Positions 49,314 through 59,700 of a stretch of DNA of 64,000 nucleotides are shown piece by piece. The stretch is from Gammaproteobacteria bacterium. Lineage in GTDB: Bacteria > Pseudomonadota > Gammaproteobacteria > Tethybacterales > G965206325. The notes below the pieces were generated by a model. The model did no database searches and was not told the DNA's origin. It worked only from the letters and a program-made list of their open reading frames with translations. The stretch lies in the NCBI GenBank assembly GCA_965206325.1, contig OZ242208.1, positions 104,687-168,686 on the forward strand, given 5' to 3'. The position numbers and the translations under genes are program-made. Each line of letters starts with the position of its first letter. Positions within the stretch are counted from its first letter, which is position 1.

Positions 49314-50798
49314 ATGCACGAAGATGAATTTGACCTCGCTGTTATTGGCGGCGGAATCAACGGCTGCGGAATCGTCCGCGACGCCGCCGGACGAGGCGTT
49401 AAATCGCTTCTCTGCGAAATGGGCGACCTCGCCTCGGCGACTTCATCAGCCAGCACAAAACTCGTCCATGGCGGACTTCGCTATTTGGAGTTTGGGGCGT
49501 TTTCGCTGGTGCGGCAGGCACTCGCCGAGCGCGAAATTTTAATGCGCATCGCCCCGCATTTAATTCGTCCGATGCGATTCATTCTGCCGCATCGTCCGGA
49601 AATGCGGGCGGCGTGGATTTTGCGAATCGGGCTTTTTCTTTACGACCGACTCGCCCAAGCGAATTCGCTGCCGCCCGGCCAAGCGATTGACCTTCGCCGA
49701 CATTCGGCGGGCAAGCCGCTCGCCGACAAATGGCGACGCGGATTCTGCTATTCGGACTGCTGGGCGGACGATTCCCGACTCGTCGTCGCCAACGCAATTT
49801 CGGCGCGCGAAAAAGGGGCGACGATTTTAACCCGCACCAAATTCATCCGAGCCGTCCGCGAAAAAAAATTCTGGCGGATTTTTCTGCAAAGCGAATCCAA
49901 AGGCGAATTAGAATCGCGCGCGCGAATTCTCATCAACGCCGCCGGGCCGTGGGTCGGCGGACTTGGCATTGAAGCCGCATCCGCTTTGCCGACGCGCATT
50001 CGCCTCGTCAAGGGCAGTCATATCATCGTCCCGAAAATTTTCGACGGCGAAGACGCCTACATTCTCCAAAACAGCGACGGGCGAATTATTTTTGCGATTC
50101 CCTACGAAGGACGCTTTACGCTGCTCGGCACGACCGACGCGGATTTTTGCGGCGACCCCGCCGATGCAGCCGCCGATGATTTGGAAATTGAATATCTGTG
50201 CGGAATCGCGCGCGATTATTTTCAAGCGACTCTGTCGCCCGCCGATGTCATCGCTACTTTTTCCGGCGTCCGTCCGCTCGCCGACGACGGCAATTCAGCG
50301 GCGCAAAAAGCCAGCCGCGATTATGAATTGCATTTGGATTCGCCGTCCGATTCGCCGCCGCTGCTGACTGTCGTCGGTGGAAAATTGACGACCTACCGCC
50401 GACTCGCCGAAGCCGCTTTGCACAAAATTTCGCCGCATCTCGGCGATTCTACAAACGATTGGACGGCGGATTCGCCCCTGCCCGGCGGCGATTTTCAATC
50501 GGCGAATCAACTCGCCGAATCGCTAGCGAATCGCTATGCCTTTTTATCGGCGAATTGGGCGAGGCGGCTGGCTTTTTCCTACGGGACTCGCGCCTTCCGA
50601 ATGCTCGGCGACGCTGAATCCATCGGCGATTTGGGGGCGCATTTCGGCGGCGATTTTTACGAATGCGAAGCCGATTATATGCATCGGGAAGAATGGGCGG
50701 AAACGGCGGCGGACGCTCTTTTTCGCCGCAGCAAACTTTATCTTCATTTGGATGATTCCGCCAAGCAAAAAGTCGCGGATTGGTTTGGGCGGGCGTAG
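49314..50798 (+). CDS. glpD: Aerobic glycerol-3-phosphate dehydrogenase
   Basis: IGGGINGCGI, TSSASTKLVHGGLRYLE, KGSHI, GVRPL, GGKLTTYR. Confidence 0.97.
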   Translation: MHEDEFDLAVIGGGINGCGIVRDAAGRGVKSLLCEMGDLASATSSASTKLVHGGLRYLEFGAFSLVRQALAEREILMRIAPHLIRPMRFILPHRPEMRAAWILRIGLFLYDRLAQANSLPPGQAIDLRRHSAGKPLADKWRRGFCYSDCWADDSRLVVANAISAREKGATILTRTKFIRAVREKKFWRIFLQSESKGELESRARILINAAGPWVGGLGIEAASALPTRIRLVKGSHIIVPKIFDGEDAYILQNSDGRIIFAIPYEGRFTLLGTTDADFCGDPADAAADDLEIEYLCGIARDYFQATLSPADVIATFSGVRPLADDGNSAAQKASRDYELHLDSPSDSPPLLTVVGGKLTTYRRLAEAALHKISPHLGDSTNDWTADSPLPGGDFQSANQLAESLANRYAFLSANWARRLAFSYGTRAFRMLGDAESIGDLGAHFGGDFYECEADYMHREEWAETAADALFRRSKLYLHLDDSAKQKVADWFGRA

Positions 50799-50807
50799 AA
50801 TCATCCG
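50680..50807 (+). repeat. Left 128-bp direct repeat (3' end of glpD)
   Basis: Matches 57100-57227 with 2 mismatches. Confidence 0.95.
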
Positions 50808-50818
50808 GGAAGCCGGAT

Positions 50819-50848
50819 TTGACAGACCGATTAAAATTGCTGTATAAT
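50819..50848 (+). promoter_or_regulatory. Sigma70 promoter of the ABC cassette
   Basis: TTGACA-18-TATAAT, then GGAGG RBS. Confidence 0.75.
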
Positions 50849-50883
50849 AATATTGTCATCTTTACCGAATGGAGGATAAAGCC

Positions 50884-52923
50884 ATGCCGCGTCTCTGCAC
50901 TTTCGTCTCAATCTTATTCATCGTCGTCGCCGGTTTTTTGCCGGTGTCTTCTTCGTTGGCGGCCTGCCCCGCTTATACCGTCGCCGACAATTCCACTGCC
51001 GGGGATTTCCCACAGCAATACGAACTCGCCGAGTTTGAGTTGCTGGCCGGCTGCGAACTCGCGTTTTCCGGCGATCCGCAGGCGGAATCATTCAACGCGC
51101 GCATTGAGGGAAATCCGCCGCTGCCGCCGATTGCCGGGCGTTTGCCGGAGGAGCCGCTCGTCGTCGCCCCCTACGACGAAATCGGCAAATACGGCGGCAT
51201 TTTGCGCGGCATTTCCAAGGCGACCGAATCGGCCACTTCCGATTTGCTCAGCGTTCGTCATGTTAATCTGCTGCGCTACGCCGACGATCTGCAGACCGTT
51301 GTTCCGAATGTCGCCAAGAAATATGAATGGAACAGCGAATTCACGGAGCTGACTTTCACCTTGCGACGCGGGCACAAGTGGTCCAACGGCGACCCGTTCA
51401 CGGCATCGGATATCGCTTTTTGGTACAACGATGTGATTCTCAACAAGGATATTTATCCCGAAACGCCGACGCGCTGGCTGTTCGGCGACAAGCCGGCCAA
51501 AGTGACGGCGGTTGATGATTCCGTCGTCAGATTTGCCTTTTCCGTCCCCGCGCCCGGAATAGCCAACCGCTTTGCTGTTGATTACGGGCAGCCCTTTCTG
51601 CCCAAGCGTTTTCTGTCGCAATTCCATGCGGCTTACAACGCCGACGCGGATAATCTGGCAAAAGAGCGCGGATTCAAAAAGTGGAAGGATCTGTTCAATC
51701 TGTATTACGGCGGGAGCGACTGGAAGGATGTTCCTTCCCCGCTGCTGTCCAAAAAGGACACGCGCGTTATGCCGACCTTGGAATCGCACATTTTAGTGGA
51801 GGAAACTCCGACCGGCCGTCGGTTGGTCGCCAATCCCTACTTCCATATGACGGATACGCGCGGACAGCAATTGCCCTACATCGGCGAAATTGAGGAGGAA
51901 TATGTTCCCAGCAAGGAGTTGCAGAATTTGAAGATGGCCAACGGCGAAATTACCTACAAAGCGCAGGCGGTGTTTTTGGAGGATTTCCCGCTGCTGAAAG
52001 AGAATGAGAAAAAAGGCGACTACGAAATTTATCTCGTCAAGGCGCTGGGGGAGACCCAATTTTACTCATTCAACCGCACGCATAAGGACCCGGAATTGCG
52101 GCGGATTTTCTCCGACATTCGGTTTAATCAAGCGATGTCGCGCGCCCTAAACCGTGATGAAATCAACGATTTGGTATATCTTGGGCAGGGTCAGCCGGTG
52201 CAATCCACGCCTGCGGAGCCGGAGACGGTCGGTTTTGTCGAAAATCGTCATCTGAATTATGAAATCGCCCACGATCCGGATTCGGCGCGAAATCTTCTGG
52301 ATGAAATGAAATTGAAAGATTCCGATGGCGATGGCGTACGAGAGCGCGCCGACGGCAAGCCGCTGGTTGTGCGATTGCTCTACGCCACTCAGGGCGGCCC
52401 GGTCAAATTGCATGAGCTTGCGCGCGACTACTGGGGGAAAGTCGGCGTGCGCGTGGATTTGAAAGAAGTGACTTCGGATGAATACCGCGCGGCCGGCAAC
52501 AATAATGATCTGGACCTCACCGCGTGGAAAAACGACAATACCTCTGCGCCGACGATCTCCCAATACATCGCCACATTTATTCCGCCGTTCGGCTATTATT
52601 TCAATCCCGGCAACGGCTTTGAGTGGGCGACATGGCGTCTTACTAATGGCGCCGAAGGAACGGAGCCTCCGCAATACGTTAAGGATCTCTATCCGCTGGC
52701 CGAGAAATTTACGCAGACGCCGCTGGGGACTCCGGAGTCCGATCGCATCGGCGGCAAAGTCGTGGACATCCATGTGGACAATCTCATCAAAATCGGCGTG
52801 GTTGCCGCTCCGCTGCCGGTTTACCACTCCAATCGGCTGGTCAACATTCCGCGATTTGCCGCAAAATCTTTCGACTACTACTGGGCCTATTCCTATCGGC
52901 CGCAGCAATGGTTTCTTAAGTGA
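50884..52923 (+). CDS. ABC transporter substrate-binding protein, family 5 (OppA/DppA-like)
   Basis: Signal peptide; LPPIAGRLPEEP..IGKYGG; LRRGHKWSNGDPFTASD; NPYF...GQQLPYI. Confidence 0.92.
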   Translation: MPRLCTFVSILFIVVAGFLPVSSSLAACPAYTVADNSTAGDFPQQYELAEFELLAGCELAFSGDPQAESFNARIEGNPPLPPIAGRLPEEPLVVAPYDEIGKYGGILRGISKATESATSDLLSVRHVNLLRYADDLQTVVPNVAKKYEWNSEFTELTFTLRRGHKWSNGDPFTASDIAFWYNDVILNKDIYPETPTRWLFGDKPAKVTAVDDSVVRFAFSVPAPGIANRFAVDYGQPFLPKRFLSQFHAAYNADADNLAKERGFKKWKDLFNLYYGGSDWKDVPSPLLSKKDTRVMPTLESHILVEETPTGRRLVANPYFHMTDTRGQQLPYIGEIEEEYVPSKELQNLKMANGEITYKAQAVFLEDFPLLKENEKKGDYEIYLVKALGETQFYSFNRTHKDPELRRIFSDIRFNQAMSRALNRDEINDLVYLGQGQPVQSTPAEPETVGFVENRHLNYEIAHDPDSARNLLDEMKLKDSDGDGVRERADGKPLVVRLLYATQGGPVKLHELARDYWGKVGVRVDLKEVTSDEYRAAGNNNDLDLTAWKNDNTSAPTISQYIATFIPPFGYYFNPGNGFEWATWRLTNGAEGTEPPQYVKDLYPLAEKFTQTPLGTPESDRIGGKVVDIHVDNLIKIGVVAAPLPVYHSNRLVNIPRFAAKSFDYYWAYSYRPQQWFLK

Positions 52924-52974
52924 AATTTGCCGGGAGAAGCGAAAACAAGGGACCGCACACGGAAGAGGTCCGGA

Positions 52975-53970
52975 GTGTGGGGGTTTTTATTGCGGCGGAT
53001 GACTGGCATAGTGGCAACTATGCTGGCGGTTTCCATTATGGTTTTTGCCGTGATGGAATTGCCGCCCGGTGATTACGCCGACCGCTACGCTTTTCGCAAA
53101 TTTTCCGGCACCGGCGTGCAAGTGTCGGCGAGCGATATTCAAAACATCCGCGTGGAATTCGGATTGGACCGTCCGGCATGGGAGCGTTATTTATCTTGGA
53201 TTTGGGGCATCGTCGCGCGGTTTGATTTCGGACAGTCTTTCGCCTTTGAAACATCCGTCAACGATGTCATCGGCGACCGTTTGATTCTCACTTTGGCATT
53301 GCTTTATGCGACGCTGCTGCTCACTTATATTTTGTCTATTCCGATGGGAATCTACGCCGCCGTTCGGCGGCGATCGGCTGCGGATTATGGACTCACTGTC
53401 ATAAGTTATCTTGGCCTTGCGCTGCCGAATTTTCTGCTCGCGTTGCTGCTTCTCTACGCTGGCTCGGCTTTCTTCGAAATATCCATTGGCGGTTTGTTTT
53501 CTCCGGAATTCCGCAATGCGGCGTGGTCAATCGCGAAAGTCGGCGATCTTTTCGTTCATCTGGCTACCCCTGCTGCAGTGCTGGCATGGTCGGCCACCGC
53601 TTTGCAATTACAAACCGTGCGCGCCACTATGCTTGATGAAATAGGCAAACTTTCCGTTGTCGCCGCGCGCGCGCGCGGACTTCCGGAATGGCGGCTTCTC
53701 TTAAAATATCCTGCGCGTCTTGCTCTCAATCCGGTCGTCAGCACAATCGGCTTTGACGCCAACCGCGTCTTTTCCGAATTGCCCATTGTTGCGCTGGTTC
53801 TCGGCCTTCCCGAATTGGGCGAATTGCTAATTCGCTCCTATTTGGATTTGGATATGTATGTCGTCGGGGCAATACTGCTTTTGCTGACCTTTTTCATTGT
53901 CGTGATGAATTTTTTCGCGGACATTGCTTTGGCGGCGCTGGACCCGCGTGTAAAACTCCGAGAAGGATGA
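52975..53970 (+). CDS. ABC permease (OppB/DppB-like)
   Basis: LPPGDY, FGLDRP, DFGQSF, ARARGL, LDPRVK; start approximate (GTG). Confidence 0.92.
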   Translation: MWGFLLRRMTGIVATMLAVSIMVFAVMELPPGDYADRYAFRKFSGTGVQVSASDIQNIRVEFGLDRPAWERYLSWIWGIVARFDFGQSFAFETSVNDVIGDRLILTLALLYATLLLTYILSIPMGIYAAVRRRSAADYGLTVISYLGLALPNFLLALLLLYAGSAFFEISIGGLFSPEFRNAAWSIAKVGDLFVHLATPAAVLAWSATALQLQTVRATMLDEIGKLSVVAARARGLPEWRLLLKYPARLALNPVVSTIGFDANRVFSELPIVALVLGLPELGELLIRSYLDLDMYVVGAILLLLTFFIVVMNFFADIALAALDPRVKLREG

Positions 53971-55085
53971 CATCAACGGCGATATCCATCGCAGAAGAAA
54001 AACGGCGGCGCTATTATACCGCCTCGCAATGGCAGTTGGTGTGGTGGCGTTTTTTGCGCCATAAAACCGCGCTGATGGCGGGCGCCGTCCTGCTGACGCT
54101 GGCCGTGCTAAGCACCTTTGTAGAATTTTTCGCGCCGTATTCCAGCGTCGCCCGCGATCGCGCCTATGTCAATGCGCCGCCGCAGATTCCCAAGTTTTGG
54201 GATCAAGCCGGCTTTTCGATTCGTCCATTCATTTACGGCGTTAGCACCGAGCGAGATCCGGTGACTCTGCGCCCAATCGCCAAGACGGATACGGACACGC
54301 GCCGGCATATTCGGTTTTTCACTCTCGGCGAGCCCTATTTTCTGCTCGGAATCATTCCGGCCGAGCGTCGGCTGTTCGGCGTCACCGACGGAAAAATTCA
54401 TCTGTTTGGAACCGACGATCTGGGCCGGGATGTTTTCTCGCGGACGCTGTTTGCAACCCGCACCTCGCTTTCCATTGGCGTCCTCGGCGTACTTGCCTCT
54501 TTTGTTCTTGCCTTGATTATCGGCGGCGCCGCAGGATATTTTGGAGGCTGGACGGATACTATCGCCCAGCGAATTACTGAAGTTGTGCGCGTGATTCCCA
54601 TCATTCCGCTTTATATGGGACTCGCCGCCGCTTTTCCGCGCGAATGGAGCAACATTCAAGTTTACTTCGCAATGACTCTTGTTTTCGGCCTTGTCGGCTG
54701 GCCAACGCTGGCGCGAAGGGTGCGGAGTCACTTGCTCACTCAGCGCAACGAGGATTATGTCATCGCCGCGCGCTTGGCGGGCGCGTCTCATTCCCGTATT
54801 ATTGGCCGGCATCTTCTGCCATCGTTCACCGGTTATATTATTGTGGATCTTGTCATCAGTTTTCCATATATTATTATCAGCGAAACTGCGCTTTCTTTTA
54901 TTGGATTAGGACTCCGTCCGCCCACCGTCAGCTGGGGCGTTCTGCTTCAGCAGGCGCAGAATATTCGCGCCATAGAGCAGGCGCCGTGGCTGTTTTTGCC
55001 CGCCATTTTTGCCGTTGTCGCCGTTCTCGCATTCACTTTATTGGGAGACGGACTGCGCGACGCCGCCGATCCTCATGCCCACTGA
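53967..55085 (+). CDS. ABC permease (OppC/DppC-like)
   Basis: FGTDDLGRDVFSR, YVIAARLAGAS, ETALSFIGLG, GDGLRDAADP. Confidence 0.93.
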   Translation: MTSTAISIAEEKRRRYYTASQWQLVWWRFLRHKTALMAGAVLLTLAVLSTFVEFFAPYSSVARDRAYVNAPPQIPKFWDQAGFSIRPFIYGVSTERDPVTLRPIAKTDTDTRRHIRFFTLGEPYFLLGIIPAERRLFGVTDGKIHLFGTDDLGRDVFSRTLFATRTSLSIGVLGVLASFVLALIIGGAAGYFGGWTDTIAQRITEVVRVIPIIPLYMGLAAAFPREWSNIQVYFAMTLVFGLVGWPTLARRVRSHLLTQRNEDYVIAARLAGASHSRIIGRHLLPSFTGYIIVDLVISFPYIIISETALSFIGLGLRPPTVSWGVLLQQAQNIRAIEQAPWLFLPAIFAVVAVLAFTLLGDGLRDAADPHAH

Positions 55086-56094
55086 TTCACCGATTCTCTC
55101 CGTCCGCAATTTGCGGGTTACTATCGGCACCGATGAAGGCGCGCTTCGCGCCGTCAAGGGCGTTAATTTTTCGGTGCGGCGCGGAAAAACGCTCGGCTTG
55201 GTCGGCGAGTCCGGCTGCGGAAAAAGCATCGCCATGCGGGCTGTTATGCGGATTCTTCCGCAAGGTGCATTCATTGAAGAAGGCGCGGAAATCATTCTGA
55301 ACGATGAACGCGGAGATGAATCAGATCTCGCCGCTTTGCCGACCAATAGTCCGCAAATGCGCGCCATTCGCGGCGGCCGCATTGCGATGATATTTCAGGA
55401 GCCAACCGCTTCGCTGTCGCCGGTTCATACGGTCGGCGCGCACTTGCGCGAAGTCATCGGATTGCATCGCAGCGAAAAAGCCGCCGCCGCCCGCGAGGTT
55501 ACGCTCAATCTGCTTGATCGCGTTGGCATTCCCAATCCGAAACTACGCCTCGGACAGTATCCCCACGAACTCTCAGGCGGCATGCGACAGCGCGTGATGA
55601 TTGCTCTCGCTCTTGCCGGAAAGCCCTCTGTTTTAATTGCGGATGAACCGACCACTGCTTTGGATGTCACCATTCAAGCGCAAATCCTTGAACTGCTGCG
55701 CGAATTGCAGGAAGCCGAAAATATGGCGATGATTTTCATTTCCCACGATATGGGAGTCATATCGCAAATCGCCGATGAAATAGCCGTAATGTATCTCGGA
55801 TGGATTGTGGAGTATGGGTCGGCCGCCAGTATCATTTCCGACCCCCTTCATCCCTACGCCAGCGGATTATTGCGGGCTACTCCGCGAATTACGGACAGCG
55901 GAAGCAAATTAACGCCGGTGCCGGGTGAAATTCCCGGGCCGTTGGAGATTGTTTCCGGCTGTCCGTTTCATCCCCGCTGTCCGCTGCGATTGCCAACGCG
56001 ATGCGACTCCGAATTGCCTCCCGCCTTTTTCGTCGGACAGCGGACGGTCAAATGTTTTCTTGCCGAAGATGCGGCGGAGCGGGAGACAGTATGA
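55075..56094 (+). CDS. ABC ATPase (OppD/DppD-like)
   Basis: GESGCGKS, LSGGMRQR, ADEPTTALDV, C-terminal CPFHPRC. Confidence 0.95.
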   Translation: MPTDSPILSVRNLRVTIGTDEGALRAVKGVNFSVRRGKTLGLVGESGCGKSIAMRAVMRILPQGAFIEEGAEIILNDERGDESDLAALPTNSPQMRAIRGGRIAMIFQEPTASLSPVHTVGAHLREVIGLHRSEKAAAAREVTLNLLDRVGIPNPKLRLGQYPHELSGGMRQRVMIALALAGKPSVLIADEPTTALDVTIQAQILELLRELQEAENMAMIFISHDMGVISQIADEIAVMYLGWIVEYGSAASIISDPLHPYASGLLRATPRITDSGSKLTPVPGEIPGPLEIVSGCPFHPRCPLRLPTRCDSELPPAFFVGQRTVKCFLAEDAAERETV

Positions 56095-57089
56095 ACGATT
56101 CCTCGCCTTTGTTGGAAGTGAAGGATTTGGATTTTTCCTTCACTGTCGGCGGCGGACTGCTGGCGGGCGGACAGCGTCGCGTTAAGGTTGTAGATCGCGT
56201 CAATTTTTCTCTTGCGCGCGGGGAAACGCTAGGGCTTGTCGGCGAATCCGGAAGCGGAAAGACCACTGTGGCGCGCGCTATTTTGCGGGCGCTGCGACCG
56301 AGCGGCGGCTCCGTCCGTCTGAATGTCGGCGGCGAGAGCCATGATCTTGCCCGCTTGTCGGAACGCCGATTGCGGCCGCTACGCCGCCACATGCAAATGG
56401 TGTTTCAGGATCCGCATTCCTCGCTTAACGCGCGAATGACCGCGCGCGATATCATCGCCGAGCCGCTGCAATGCCTTGGCGGCGCTCTTTCCCGCGCCGA
56501 AATTGACGAGCGCGTCCGGGAAATTGCGGGCAAGTGCCGGCTCAATCTTGAACATCTGCGCCGTTTCCCTCACGCTTTCAGCGGCGGACAGCGGCAGCGC
56601 ATCGGCATCGCGCGCGCTCTAATCTTGTATCCGGAAATTGTTGTCTGCGACGAATCCGTCGCCGCTTTGGATGTCTCCACCCAGGCCGACATTCTCAATC
56701 TTCTCGCCGAATTGCAGGACGAGATTGGAACTTCCTACCTTTTTATTTCTCATGATCTTGCGGTCGTTGCGCATTTATCCGACCGAGTCGCCGTCCTTTA
56801 TGCCGGCGCGCTGATGGAACTCGCTTCGACGAAGAAAATTTTCGCCGCTCCCCGCCATCCTTATACCCGTGTTTTGATGTCCGCTATTCCGTCAATTGAA
56901 AAAAGCCATCAATTCCGGCCGATAAAACTTCCCGGCGAAATTCCCTCTCCCGGCGCGCTGCCGTCCGGCTGCCGTTTTAATACCCGCTGCCCCCGTGTAC
57001 GCGACCGCTGCCGCATAGAAGTGCCCGTCTGGCGTGAACTGGAAAATAACCATCAGATCGCCTGCCACTTTCCCGAAGAAACAAGTTGA
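56091..57089 (+). CDS. ABC ATPase (OppF/DppF-like)
   Basis: GESGSGKT, FSGGQRQR, DESVAALDV, HPYT, CRFNTRC. Confidence 0.95.
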   Translation: MNDSSPLLEVKDLDFSFTVGGGLLAGGQRRVKVVDRVNFSLARGETLGLVGESGSGKTTVARAILRALRPSGGSVRLNVGGESHDLARLSERRLRPLRRHMQMVFQDPHSSLNARMTARDIIAEPLQCLGGALSRAEIDERVREIAGKCRLNLEHLRRFPHAFSGGQRQRIGIARALILYPEIVVCDESVAALDVSTQADILNLLAELQDEIGTSYLFISHDLAVVAHLSDRVAVLYAGALMELASTKKIFAAPRHPYTRVLMSAIPSIEKSHQFRPIKLPGEIPSPGALPSGCRFNTRCPRVRDRCRIEVPVWRELENNHQIACHFPEETS

Positions 57090-57099
57090 TTCTTTATTT

Positions 57100-57227
57100 T
57101 GCATCGGGAAGAATGGGCGGAAACGGCGGCGGACGCTCTTTTTCGCCGCAGCAAACTTTATCTTCATTTGGATGATGCCGCCAAGCAAAAAGTCGCGGAT
57201 TGGTTTGGGCGGGCGTAGAATCGTCCG
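57100..57227 (+). repeat. Right 128-bp direct repeat (orphan copy of glpD 3' end)
   Basis: Matches 50680-50807; ends 5 nt before the glpK ATG. Confidence 0.95.
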
Positions 57228-57232
57228 CAAAA

Positions 57233-58741
57233 ATGGCGGCGACGGCACACAGGCGATTCCTTCTGGCGATTGACCAAGGCACTACCAGCACGCGGGCGAT
57301 TCTGTTTGACGCCGACGGACTCTCGCCGATATTTTCATCGCAGCGTGAATTCACCCAGCATTATCCCGCCGACGGATTCGTCGAGCACGACGCCGAAGAA
57401 ATTTGGCAAACCGTCGCGGCGGTCTGCGAAAACGCCGCCGATTTCGCCCGCAAGGACGGCGGAAAAATCGCCGCCGTCGGCATTGCAAATCAGCGTGAAA
57501 CAACGGTGCTGTGGGCGCGAAAATCCGGCAAGCCCATCGCCAACGCCATCGTCTGGCAGGACCGCCGCACCGCCGATATTTGCGCGTCGCTGAAAAAAGA
57601 CGGGGCGGAATCCATCGTCCGAAAAAAAACCGGACTGCTCCTTGACCCTTATTTTTCCGCCACTAAAATCGCGCATCTGCTGGATAAAATCCCCAACGCG
57701 CGAAAGGCGGCGGAAAGCGGCGAAATTCTTTTCGGCACGATGGATTCATTTTTAATTTGGCGGCTGACCGGCGGAAAAGTCCACGCCACCGATATCACCA
57801 ATGCATCGCGCACCGCCCTTTTTAATTTGCGGACGCAGCAATGGGACGACGAATTGCTCGCCCTTTTTCGCGTCCCGAAAAAAATTCTGCCGACGATTTT
57901 AGAATCCGCCGATGATTTCGGCGAAGCGGAAATTTTGGGCGATTCAATTCTCATCGGCGGAGTCGCCGGCGACCAGCAGTCGGCGGCAATCGGGCAGGCG
58001 TGCATTCATCCCGGCGACATTAAAAGCACCTACGGCACGGGCTGCTTTATGCTGGCGCAATGCGGCGATTCGCCGGTAATTCCGCCGAATCAATTGCTGG
58101 CGACGGCGGCATATTCGGTCGGCGGAAAATCGGCGTTTGCCATTGAGGGCTCCATTTTTTCAGCGGGCGCTGCGGTGCAGTGGCTGCGGGACGGAATCGG
58201 CGTCATTAAAAATTCGGCGGAAGTGGAATCGCTGGCGGCGGAATCGGACGGCGGCGTTTTTCTTGTCCCCGCTTTTACCGGACTCGGCGCGCCGCATTGG
58301 AAGCCGAATGTGCGCGGGGCGATTTTCGGCCTGACTCGCGCCGCGAATTCCGCCGACATCGCCCGCGCGGCTTTGGATTCGGTCTGCTGCCAAACCGCCG
58401 ATTTGCTTTCGGCAATGCGCGCCGCCGGAATTTCCCCCGCGATTCTTAAAGCCGACGGCGGAATGGTGAAAAATAATTGGCTGATGCAGCGTCTCGCCGA
58501 CATCTTAAATCTGCCGGTGATGCGGCCGAAAATCACCGAAACGACGGCATTGGGCGCGGCTTTTCTCGCCGGATTAAAAGTCGGAATTTTCAGCGAAATG
58601 AAGGACATCGCCGATTTGTGGAGACGCGACGCCGAATTTCATCCGCAGATGAAGGCGGAAGAAAGGGCGAAAATTCTCGGCGGTTGGAATCGCGCCGTCA
58701 AAGCGGCGATTCATTTCGCCGACGATTCGGTCAGCCGATAA
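57233..58741 (+). CDS. glpK: Glycerol kinase
   Basis: IDQGTTSTR, NQRETT, WQDRRT, DPYFSATK, GDQQ, TYGTGCF, PAFTGLGAP. Confidence 0.97.
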   Translation: MAATAHRRFLLAIDQGTTSTRAILFDADGLSPIFSSQREFTQHYPADGFVEHDAEEIWQTVAAVCENAADFARKDGGKIAAVGIANQRETTVLWARKSGKPIANAIVWQDRRTADICASLKKDGAESIVRKKTGLLLDPYFSATKIAHLLDKIPNARKAAESGEILFGTMDSFLIWRLTGGKVHATDITNASRTALFNLRTQQWDDELLALFRVPKKILPTILESADDFGEAEILGDSILIGGVAGDQQSAAIGQACIHPGDIKSTYGTGCFMLAQCGDSPVIPPNQLLATAAYSVGGKSAFAIEGSIFSAGAAVQWLRDGIGVIKNSAEVESLAAESDGGVFLVPAFTGLGAPHWKPNVRGAIFGLTRAANSADIARAALDSVCCQTADLLSAMRAAGISPAILKADGGMVKNNWLMQRLADILNLPVMRPKITETTALGAAFLAGLKVGIFSEMKDIADLWRRDAEFHPQMKAEERAKILGGWNRAVKAAIHFADDSVSR

Positions 58742-58831
58742 TCAGCATCGCCGCAGCTTGATTTTAATCAAATTTGGAAAAAATTCCGCTCGGCAATTCA
58801 GCGTAGAATTCTCCAAAATGGCGGCGAATAA

Positions 58832-59662
58832 GTGAGCCCGTTTATTGTTTTTCTTGTGCTGTCGGCGGCGATGGCGCACGCCGTCTGGAATGCTTTTCTA
58901 AAAAGCGCCAGCGACCGCACGCCGATGACATCGGTGATGATGCTGACCGAATTCACGGCGGCGCTCATCCTCATTCCATTCGTGGAATTTCCGACGGCGA
59001 AAGTGTGGTTCGCTTTGGGAGTCAGCACTGCGCTGCATTTGGGGTATTTATTTTTTCTGCTGTGGTCGTATCGGCTGGGCGATTTGAGTCAGGTTTATCC
59101 GCTGGCGCGAGGCGCCGCCCCGCTTTTGGCGACGGCGCTTTCGGTCGCCCTTTTGGATGAATCCATCAGCGCGACGGCGGCATTGGGAATTATCGTCACT
59201 TCCGCCAGCGTGATTTTGCTTTCGGTCGGCGGAAAATTTGAGCGGCGGGCGGCGGCGGCGGCATTGGGAACTTCGTGCTGGATTGCCTGCTATACATTAG
59301 TGGATGCCAAAGGCGCGCGCATGGCGGAATCGGCGATGCAGTACGCCGTTTGGATTTTTGCCTTGGAAGGAGCGATTTTTCCGGCGGCGGCGTTTTGGAT
59401 TCGGGGACGAAAACTCGCCGCTGAAATGCGTCCGTATTTCAAAGCCGGAATCGCCGCCGGAATGTTGACAATGTTCGCTTACATTTTAATTCTTTACGCA
59501 TTGACGAAAGCCCCGATCGGTCCGGTGGCGGCGATGCGGGAGACGGCGATAGTTTTCGGGGCATTAATCGGAATGATTTTTTTGGGTGAACCGCGCCGTC
59601 CAATTCGCCTAATGGCGGCGTGCGGAATCGCCGTCGGCATCGCCCTGCTGGTAGCGGGATGA
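58832..59662 (+). CDS. EamA/DMT family transporter
   Basis: HAVWNA, GDLSQVYPLARG, YTLVDAKG, AAMRET; multiple TM helices. Confidence 0.88.
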   Translation: MSPFIVFLVLSAAMAHAVWNAFLKSASDRTPMTSVMMLTEFTAALILIPFVEFPTAKVWFALGVSTALHLGYLFFLLWSYRLGDLSQVYPLARGAAPLLATALSVALLDESISATAALGIIVTSASVILLSVGGKFERRAAAAALGTSCWIACYTLVDAKGARMAESAMQYAVWIFALEGAIFPAAAFWIRGRKLAAEMRPYFKAGIAAGMLTMFAYILILYALTKAPIGPVAAMRETAIVFGALIGMIFLGEPRRPIRLMAACGIAVGIALLVAG

Positions 59663-59700
59663 AAACCGTCGGCGAATTAAAAGCCGCCGATGGAATTATT

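Larger units (their letters stand above)
50808..57227 (+). mobile_element. Direct-repeat-bounded 6420-bp islet carrying an ABC importer (no integrase)
   Basis: Duplicated glpD 3' end on both sides; removing one unit makes glpD and glpK adjacent. Confidence 0.7.

Noticed and set aside
50808-57099. Composite transposon or prophage interpretation of the cassette
   Set aside because: No transposase, integrase, terminal inverted repeats or phage genes; the flanks are host glpD sequence.
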